Below are positions 17,053-25,700 of a stretch of DNA of 62,686 nucleotides, piece after piece. A program made the translations under genes and the position numbers. The notes under the pieces are model-generated. The model had not been told where the DNA came from. It made no database searches and saw only the letters and a list, made by a program, of their open reading frames with translations. The stretch covers positions 1 through 62,686 of the forward strand of contig CAZPIN010000105.1 of assembly GCA_964586735.1 (NCBI GenBank), given 5' to 3'. Numbering within the stretch: the stretch's first letter is position 1; each line of letters opens with the position of its first letter. The stretch is from an uncultured Rhodobacterales bacterium (GTDB taxonomy: Bacteria; Pseudomonadota; Alphaproteobacteria; Rhodobacterales; CAZPXZ01).

Positions 17053-20000
17053 ATGAGCATCGAATCAGGCAGAGTGGAGAGCCGCTTTCTCCACAACGCT
17101 CCTGGCCAATCGGCACCAGTCTCTGAGGACACTGATGGCGACCAGACAACGGACAGGATCACGCAATACCACTATGAGTCTGACGCGGTTGGAGCAGACC
17201 TCGTTAGAGTGACGGTTCAGTATGGCAGTGTTGGCGAGGATGAGACCTTCGTTCCGGAAACGCAGGAGACTTGGTACTACGATGGAACGGGAGAGGACTA
17301 CGACTACATCATCTACGACGGTACCGAGGGGGGCGACGCGGCGGACGGTACTGGCGAATGGCTGGAGTATCGAGGCGGCGCAGACTTTGAGCATGTGCTC
17401 GACGGTGCGCAGACGGGTCTAGCCGGGGTGCAGGCGGTTCAGCTGTCAGGCCGGGGCGGCGCCACTACTCTGACTCTGTCCGACGGGGATCTGACGGAGC
17501 TTGCCAACGGAGCGGACGGCTACGTGGTGAAGATCGATGGCGGCCGCGACGACACGGTGGTGTTTTCCGGCAACATCATCTACGCCACTGGCCTCGTCGT
17601 GAATGGGCGTAGGGAGTTTCAGGGGACGGACGGAAAGGTTTATGTCGCGAATGCGGTGGCGTTCAGGGGAGCACGAGACCCGAGGGAGGTCATTCTTTCC
17701 AACCTCGCTGAGGCCACAGTGGATATGTTCGGACTACTGGCGGGCGGAAACGGTATTGTCGGCGTTACCGCGGATAATCTAGACTCCGTCAAGACGGTGA
17801 TAGGAGCATATGGATCTGCCACATCGCCTGCTCTGGCGGACCTTACGGAAGCCCAGATCGTGAATCTGGCGGGGGTTGTTTCCACAGGCCGTGCGGTACC
17901 CTCGGGCGGAAGGGTGCTTACAGCAACTCTTCAAGAAGATAATGTGTGCTTGCGCTTAGAAGTTGACGCGAACGGAGATAGTACGATCGACCAGCGCGTC
18001 GGAGTGACATTGGACGGGGCAACGCTGGCGGTGATCGGTCTGACACGGAGCATGGATAGCAACGGGGACGGTGTCTGGGACGACCGAAGTGAAGTGGACA
18101 GCAACTATGATGGTACCGTGGACCAAGTGATAACAGTTGGGCGGACAAAAACTGACAGCGACAGCGATGGAACTGCCGAAAGAATTGTAACGAAGACGTT
18201 TATTGACGGGACTCTGCGCATAAAGGCAACCGAGGAAGATATTGACGACGACAGCACCGTAGATACCGAGGAGACTCTCTACTATGATGGCACAGGTGAG
18301 CCGCGCGATGACGGCACTGGAGTGCCATATGATTATGCGGTGCTGGATGGTAGTGGAACCAGTGATAGGCAGGACGGAACGGCGGACCGGCTGGAGTACA
18401 AAAATGGGATTGATTTTACTCACACAATCTACGGCACGGGCAGGGAGGGGTTGGTCGGAATGAGGAGGATCATGCTTGCAGACGGAGAGGGGGACATCAC
18501 CCTGACATTTGCCGATGGTGCTTTGGAAGGGCTTGCCGCCAATGTAGACAACTATACGCTGACCATAGATGGCGACAGTGGCGACACAGTGGTGTTTTCC
18601 GATGACGTTTATAATACGGGAGTGCAGGAGGGCAGTCACGATGTGTACCGCGGCGAATCGGTGCGGGTTCTCGTTAATTCGGAGGTGGAGGTGATGGGAG
18701 AGCAGGATGCCCTCGAAGCCCTGCTCGCCAACTTGGATGATGCCACGGTGGGAATGTTTGAACGGGTGGGCGATGAGGGAATCGCCGGGGTCACCAGCGA
18801 CAACCTTGCCCTTGTCAAGGTGGTGTTGGGAGTTTTTGGCTCGGCAACCACGCCCCCGCTAACAGACTTGACGGAGGAGCAGGTGCAGAATCTGGCGTTG
18901 ATTGCGTCTAGCGGCTTTGCTGTTCCAGCAAGCAGTGCAGTGATGGCTGCCTCGGTGAGCCAGAACAACCTTGTCCTGAAAGTCGATCTGAATGGGGACG
19001 GTACGGAGGACCAGCGGTCAACGGTGAGCCTTGCTACAGGTACGATGGCTATGACCGATATGTTGCGAGTATACGACAGTGACAGCGACGGAGATTGGGA
19101 CAGTCGAAGTGAGAGGGATGTATACGACGATGGAACTCGTCAAAGTAAGGCGGTTCGAACGGACAGTGACGGGGATGAAATATTTGAGCGTATTGAGACG
19201 GAAACGTATCAGGCTAGTAGGCTGCACACCTATAAAGTGGAGCGGGATCTGAATGATGACGGAACAATAGACACGGCGGAGACCCAGTACTACGATGGTA
19301 CAGGAAGTAGATACGACTATGCCCTTTTCGACGGCGATGGAACCAATGATCCAGCGGATGGAACCGGGGAGTGGTTGGAGTACCGTAGTGGAACGAATTA
19401 TGATCGCCCATTCGATGGTGCGGAGGTAGGGGTCGCTGGAGTGCAGGCGATTCAGTTGGCTGGGCGGGGAGGTGTAACCACATTGAAGTTCTCCGACAGT
19501 GACCTGACCGAACTTGCAAACGGTGTCGGAGGATATATGCTTCGTATTGACGGTGACGCTGACGATTTGGTGAAGTTCAGTGGAGGGATATATGATACTG
19601 GGCAACATGACGGTGACTATGAGGTGTATCGGGGAACAAGCGGAACTGTGCTTGTGGATGCGGACGTGGTGGGAGTTTCGGGAACGTCGGACGCACTGTC
19701 GGCGTTGCGAATGAACATCTCCAAGGCCACGGTGGAAATGTTTGGATTGGTGGGGGACGGAATAACTGGCGTGAGCAAGGGTAATCTCGCAGCCGTTAGA
19801 ACGTTACTTGGCGAATACGTGGACTCCACGGCGATAGGTGGAGGTACCCTAACAGAGGCGCAGGTAGGAGCGTTGGTGAGCATTGTCAACGATGTTGAAA
19901 ATGTCCCGGAGGGTGCAGAGATTGCTACCATTACTGCGGTCGCCGGAAACAATCTTGTGCTTGAGATGACGCTCCCCGTATCCGGAGGAAGTAGAATGCG

Positions 20001-22479
20001 GGTAGAGTTAGGACTGAATGTGTCTAGCTACGCGATCACGAGAACAACTCGCAAGTTCGACGAGGATGGCGATGGTACCTATGAGCTGATTGAACATGAT
20101 CACGACGCGGACGGGATTTTGGACGTGGTGGAACATGACGAGGATGACGATGGAACCGTTGAATATAAAGCGTATGACGATGGAATTGGTAGCGGCGGTG
20201 ATGATGGCACCCCCGACAGACTGGAGGTTTTAACCGGGGGCGCACCGATGTTGATCATTGGCGCAGATATGGCGGAGGAGTTTGCGCTAGTAGCCCGAAT
20301 TGAGATGGCTAATGACGTGAGTAACGTGAGCGGTGTAACGCTTGTAAATGGGGTGCTGGATAGGCCGGCAGACCATAATGGTGATGGAACCGTTGACAGC
20401 GTGTTTACGCTTACGGTAGTAGGCGGTACAAACGACACGTTAGCGGTGGGAGACACAGCAGTTGTCCGCGAGGAATCATCCGACACAGCAGGTTTTAACG
20501 CTTATCGCGGATCGAGCGGGCTACTAATGGTCGACGAGGATGTGACAGTGGATTTCGCGCCGGCGCAGGCAGTGCGATCGATTCGAAGCGACCCCGCGAA
20601 TGCAACTACCGCGATGTTTGCCGATATTGGTATTGATGGGCTCAGCGACCGGAGTCTTGCAAATGTAAAGATGCTAATTGGGGCGTTTGACAGCGATAGC
20701 ACGCCTGCTCACTCGGAATTAACTTACAGCCAGATTCATAATCTTGTTGAAATTGCAAGTGACACCCGTGTTGTGAATGCGGATGGGACGGTGACTGCGG
20801 TTTCTTTGAGTGAAGATGGTATGACCGTGGATATAAACACCGACGCAGACAACGTTATTGAAGAACGATCTGTACTCAATCTTGACGCTGCGAGCTTAGC
20901 ACTATTAGATCAAGTAAAATGGTATGACTTGTTTGGCGATGGAACTTTCGATGTCCGAAGTTATGAAACGTATAACAGTATTGGACAAGTACTCAGCTAT
21001 GACTTTGTCTTGGGCAGATATTTGTCCAGTGAGCGATATACATATAAAGATGGTGCGCTAAATGCAAAGGTGACAGAAAAAGACTACGATGGCGACGGAA
21101 CAGTTGATCGCCGTGAAACTTACACATATCACAGCACTGGAGAGCGCGCAAGTAAGATCACTTTGTTTGACAATGACGATGATGGTACTATGGATGGCCG
21201 CTCGAATACTACATACAATGACAGGGGTTTTCCAACTTACGCGGAACATGACAGCGGAATTGACGGTACCATGGAGTCCCGCGAAACATGGATTTACCAC
21301 AGTACAGGTGAGTTGAAATCCAATACAACAGTGCGTGACGTCAATCATGACGGAACAGCAGATACCCAGGATCAAAGGTACAGCGAAAGTGGTAAATTGA
21401 TTAGTGTTGAGTTTGACAGTGGTACAGACGGTACCGTGGATACAACGACACACGGTTACAACGACAAAGAACAACTGGTAAGTACGAAGTTTGACAGAGA
21501 ATCTGACGGTACCATAGAACGGCGCGTAGATTACACATATCATAGTAATGGCGAGCGACATACAAAAATTCAACAAGAAGACAATAACGGTGACGGTACT
21601 TTTGATAGGAGGAGAGAGGAAAGTAATAATGAAAATGGAAAGCTGGTCAGTTTTGATTTTTATTACGGCAATTTCGACTACGTTAACTCTCGCAGAGAAA
21701 TCACTTACTTTGCGTCGGGAAGGAAAATGACAGACATTACACGTTATGACAATGATGACGATGGCGTTTTTGACAGGAAAACGGCGAATACTTACAATGA
21801 GTTTGGTATAATCCGGACTGATAGCGATTATGATTTCGATGGGACAATTGATTATCAGTTGGTATACACGTATCACGATAATGGCTATCGAGCGACATAC
21901 ATGGAGAGGCAAGATAATAATGACGACGGAACTGTTGGCCTTTCTATAACGTACACTTACAACGAGTCTGGACAAAAAATTCGATCGGAAATCGATCTCG
22001 ATGATGACGGAACCCCATATTTTGTATGGGTAGATGCGGATGCCGATGGTTACGGCGAAATGATGTCATTCAGCTGGGGAGACAGTGGGACAGTTAACTA
22101 TCGGATTTATGATGGTACAGGATCCTCTGACGATGACGGGACCCCAGATCGTTTGGTGTTTACTGATGAAACAAGATTTTCAATGAGGTTGGGAGGTCCC
22201 GAAGCGAGGACGGCTTCGGGTATCAGTACGATTGAATTAGCTGGTGAAGTCGACAGGTCGACAACACTTGAAATACAAGATGAAGATCTTACAGTATTGT
22301 CCGCTGGATTGAGTGAATATAGACTTGTTGTCAGAGGTACGGACAGTGATACGCTCCGAATTGGTGCTGGCATAAGTAGAATCACCGGCGAGGGTGCCTT
22401 GGACGGAGACCGTACGGGTTATGAAGGGTCGCACGGGAGAATATATGTTGACCCGGAAGTAGCAGTTGAACATGTATAG
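17053..22479 (+). CDS. Giant Ca-loop (DxDxDGxxD) repeat protein, family 2, with no signal peptide or BapA-type prefix; possible T1SS-type surface protein (~1808 aa)
   Basis: The ORF track starts at GTG 17044; ATG 17053 has SD AGGGAG (17038-17043). There are five ~330-aa supermodules, starting near 17355, 18385, 19369, 20215 and 22147. Each has module A (e.g. EWLEYRGGADF...AGVQAVQLSGRGGATTLTLSDGDLTELANGADGYVVKIDGGRDDTVVFSGN...GRREFQGTDGKVYVANAV). Module B follows (ATVDMFG..GVTADNLDSVKTVIGAYGS...LTEAQIVNLAGV), then arrays of DxDxDG loops. The 3' third holds about 12 YD-like repeats. The protein ends in a module A copy (...GYEGSHGRIYVDPEVAVEHV). Confidence 0.8.
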   Translation: MSIESGRVESRFLHNAPGQSAPVSEDTDGDQTTDRITQYHYESDAVGADLVRVTVQYGSVGEDETFVPETQETWYYDGTGEDYDYIIYDGTEGGDAADGTGEWLEYRGGADFEHVLDGAQTGLAGVQAVQLSGRGGATTLTLSDGDLTELANGADGYVVKIDGGRDDTVVFSGNIIYATGLVVNGRREFQGTDGKVYVANAVAFRGARDPREVILSNLAEATVDMFGLLAGGNGIVGVTADNLDSVKTVIGAYGSATSPALADLTEAQIVNLAGVVSTGRAVPSGGRVLTATLQEDNVCLRLEVDANGDSTIDQRVGVTLDGATLAVIGLTRSMDSNGDGVWDDRSEVDSNYDGTVDQVITVGRTKTDSDSDGTAERIVTKTFIDGTLRIKATEEDIDDDSTVDTEETLYYDGTGEPRDDGTGVPYDYAVLDGSGTSDRQDGTADRLEYKNGIDFTHTIYGTGREGLVGMRRIMLADGEGDITLTFADGALEGLAANVDNYTLTIDGDSGDTVVFSDDVYNTGVQEGSHDVYRGESVRVLVNSEVEVMGEQDALEALLANLDDATVGMFERVGDEGIAGVTSDNLALVKVVLGVFGSATTPPLTDLTEEQVQNLALIASSGFAVPASSAVMAASVSQNNLVLKVDLNGDGTEDQRSTVSLATGTMAMTDMLRVYDSDSDGDWDSRSERDVYDDGTRQSKAVRTDSDGDEIFERIETETYQASRLHTYKVERDLNDDGTIDTAETQYYDGTGSRYDYALFDGDGTNDPADGTGEWLEYRSGTNYDRPFDGAEVGVAGVQAIQLAGRGGVTTLKFSDSDLTELANGVGGYMLRIDGDADDLVKFSGGIYDTGQHDGDYEVYRGTSGTVLVDADVVGVSGTSDALSALRMNISKATVEMFGLVGDGITGVSKGNLAAVRTLLGEYVDSTAIGGGTLTEAQVGALVSIVNDVENVPEGAEIATITAVAGNNLVLEMTLPVSGGSRMRVELGLNVSSYAITRTTRKFDEDGDGTYELIEHDHDADGILDVVEHDEDDDGTVEYKAYDDGIGSGGDDGTPDRLEVLTGGAPMLIIGADMAEEFALVARIEMANDVSNVSGVTLVNGVLDRPADHNGDGTVDSVFTLTVVGGTNDTLAVGDTAVVREESSDTAGFNAYRGSSGLLMVDEDVTVDFAPAQAVRSIRSDPANATTAMFADIGIDGLSDRSLANVKMLIGAFDSDSTPAHSELTYSQIHNLVEIASDTRVVNADGTVTAVSLSEDGMTVDINTDADNVIEERSVLNLDAASLALLDQVKWYDLFGDGTFDVRSYETYNSIGQVLSYDFVLGRYLSSERYTYKDGALNAKVTEKDYDGDGTVDRRETYTYHSTGERASKITLFDNDDDGTMDGRSNTTYNDRGFPTYAEHDSGIDGTMESRETWIYHSTGELKSNTTVRDVNHDGTADTQDQRYSESGKLISVEFDSGTDGTVDTTTHGYNDKEQLVSTKFDRESDGTIERRVDYTYHSNGERHTKIQQEDNNGDGTFDRRREESNNENGKLVSFDFYYGNFDYVNSRREITYFASGRKMTDITRYDNDDDGVFDRKTANTYNEFGIIRTDSDYDFDGTIDYQLVYTYHDNGYRATYMERQDNNDDGTVGLSITYTYNESGQKIRSEIDLDDDGTPYFVWVDADADGYGEMMSFSWGDSGTVNYRIYDGTGSSDDDGTPDRLVFTDETRFSMRLGGPEARTASGISTIELAGEVDRSTTLEIQDEDLTVLSAGLSEYRLVVRGTDSDTLRIGAGISRITGEGALDGDRTGYEGSHGRIYVDPEVAVEHV

Positions 22480-22724
22480 GGTCAGTCTCCCATGTCTTTG
22501 GTCAATCAGCAGGAAGAGGGCGTACGGCAAGCCGTACAACACTCTTGCAGAATCCGCAGAAGAATAATGCAGAATGTAGAACATGTGGAAGGTGACATTC
22601 TTCTACAAGTGCAGTCTGCGGAGAGCAGTTGCAGTACGTACCAAACTTGTGTTTTTATGCGGAGAAGGGTAGTACTCTTGCACGGACAGAATGCAAACAA
22701 CAGTATTAAGGGCGAAAAATTCAA

Positions 22725-25700
22725 ATGATTACGCATCTGACAGCTCGGATAGCGGGCGGACTGTTGTCAGTCCGAGCGTGCGCGAGAACAACTGCCGCGG
22801 CAGTGGCATCCGTACTGGGGCATAGGTGGAGAACGGGGCTATTGCGGGCTACCGCGACGGCCGTATTGGCTTTTTGGGCAGTGATGGCGAGCTGGATTCC
22901 CGCGTCTGCGCAGGGCGCGTCGGGAATTGATATCTATTACATTACTACACTGCATGTTTGGGTGGAGCCAGGGCCGTTGCCTACCATTCCAGCAGGTCCC
23001 GATGGGTTGGATCTCGTAGCAGACCGGTCACATCCGGAATATGATAACAATGATGTAATTAAGAATGTGGATGATTTCTGTGGTGAAATTCCCGGAGATG
23101 ACGATGACAATACAATTGTTGAATATCCAGAGCCTCTGAAGCCGAATGATCCAAATGACATACAGGACGCTGAACGTATAAACATGAGTTTCAGAATATG
23201 TGCCGCATGGGAAACGCATGACTGCCCGGATGGCTTGAATTGCTCGTTCCTTACGACGGACGGGGCTAATCCGGGAAATATCGATATCACATATAGATTT
23301 CATGTTCCTTCGTCAAGTCAATGGCTTTGGACTGAGTATGGATCTGACTATACTGACTGGCCAAGGCAAGAGGAGTGCTCGAATGACCAATCTGGATCCA
23401 GATCTTTGGAGCTTGATGATAATTTGGCTGCTAATAATGTCCGTGATGGCAAAACATGGAGAACGATAAATTGTTATATAATTGGAGACGGCTTTTACGA
23501 GGAAGAGGAACACATTCAGCTTGAAATTCTGTCAGCGGATTGCGACAATTGTAATGGGCCATTATCTAGCAACCATCGGTGGGCCGAAATGCCAAGCGAG
23601 GCGATACTTGGAGGAAAAAGAAGATTAAGGCGCGATATCATCAACCGGGATCCGCCGCCGGTTGCGTACATTTTTTACGACGTCCCCGACAGCGACACGG
23701 TCGCGACGGGCTGGGGTGGACCGGAGGGCGCCGCTGGGGAAGAAACCGAGTACACAATCACGCTGCTTTTAACAGGCGAAACGCAATTGAGCATGTTTTT
23801 CAGCGTTGCAGTCGAAGACAGCCTGGAGGACGGGGGTTCATACACCAGCGGCGATGATTTGGGCTATCAAATTATTGGCCTGGACGATCTCGAGGGGGAT
23901 AATGGACGATTGTGTCTCGGCCCGTGCGGGGGTAAAATTGTTTCAAGATCGACCTTCTCCATTCTTGTAAAGGGAGACAATTGGGCGGAGCCAACGCAGT
24001 ACATTACCTTCAGGCTTGAAAATCCCTTGTGGGGTGTAATTTCAAGACGTTACCCCAGTCTCTCAATAGCGATTGAGAATGACGATTCGCTGCATTTTTC
24101 CCTTAGGAAGTCATCCGACCCGGTTGTGGAGGGAGATCAAGGCGACACAAGTCGAGTGGGGGTGACCGTAGCGCTGGCCTCGTTGGTGCAGGGGTCATTT
24201 ACCATGGACTACGCGATTTCGGGTACGGCGACAAACGGCGTGGACTATCAGCAGGTACTGCCAACTGGAACCATTGCGTTTGGCGGCGACGGTAATCTGG
24301 ACCCAGACCAGGTGCTGAGCCATACGCTATACTTTGACATAATACCCGATTTGCTAGTCGAAACAGACGAAACCATAGTCCTTTCGTTTGGCAATGTACA
24401 GTGTACCAGCTGTGTGGACGGCCCGGTAGGGCGCGTAACCTTCCCCGGCTGGGAGGCTGTGCGGAACGTCCAGGGGGCTACTATAATTACCATCGAGGAG
24501 GACGATTTTCCCGAAATTACCATAATTAGCCCCAGTCTGTTGGAGGGAGGGCCAGACAACAGCCTTTTGCTTGACTTCATCGTTGAACTATCGGCCGTTT
24601 CGCCGCTGGATATCGTCGTACGGTACAGCATAGAGGACGGCACGGCCACCGCAGGGAGAGACTACGTAGCGACGGATGGCGATCTACTGTTCACCGCAGG
24701 CCAAACGCTAAACCACGTTTCGGTGACCATCAACGGCGACGACGTCTACGAGCTTGACGAGACCATCACTGCCACGCTGTCCAACCCGGTGGCGGCGATT
24801 TTCCCCGGTGGCGCGTCCACCGTAACTGCCAGAGGCGTTATCGTCAACGACGACCCCCCACCAGTCATTACGCTTACCCAGCCCGCCAGCGTCACCGAAG
24901 GCGACACCGGCGAAACGGATATGGTGTTCACCATCACCAAGACGGGCCTGACGGAGGTGGACTCGACCGTAACCTATTCGCTGACGGGCTCTGCGGTAAG
25001 CGGCGTCGACTACACGCCGCATGACAGGTTCAACCTGACCATCCCGGCGTCGGTCTCCAGCATTCCGCTTACAGTTGTCGTTCTTGGAGACAATCTGGCA
25101 GAACCCAACGAAACCGTGGACCTGACGCTGGCGCTTCCGTATCACGCACACTTCATGGCGGGTAGCTCCACCACATCCACGACTGGGACCATCATCGACG
25201 ACGAGGTTCTATTGCTCGCCATTGATTCGCCGCAGATGCTGGAGGGCAACGCGGGCGACAGTACAGTTCTTGAGTTTACCGTGACGATGAGCGCGCGGGC
25301 CGACCAGGTCGTCTCCGTGGACTACTTTCTTACCCACGAGGGCGGCACAGCGACCGAGGGCGCCGACTACTCGATTCAATTCGACCCGCTGGTGTTCAGC
25401 CCGGGCGAAACCGTACGCAGAATCCCCGTAACGCTCGTTGGCGATTCCGTGGGCGAAGCCAACGAGACCATCGAGATTGATCTTCTTTTCCCGACCTGTA
25501 CGGCCTGCGCGGCGGCCGGCGTGATTCAGCCTGAAATAGAGACCGGACTGGGCGTCGCCACCATCATCAATGACGACGGTACTCTTCTGTCCATCGATTC
25601 GCCAAGCGTGGACGAGGGCAACGCGGGACAGCGCATGCTGACCTTTACCGTGTCGGTTGGCACAGCTCCGACCAAAACCATCCGCGTCCAGTACGCCGTA

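Noticed and set aside
17053-22479. RTX toxin or adhesin call based on glycine-rich nonapeptide repeats (GGxGxDxUx).
   Set aside because: I could not find runs of the nonapeptide motif in any of the three family-2 proteins. Their acidic loops are of the DxDxDGxxD type, so I avoid the RTX label. A T1SS route is only inferred.
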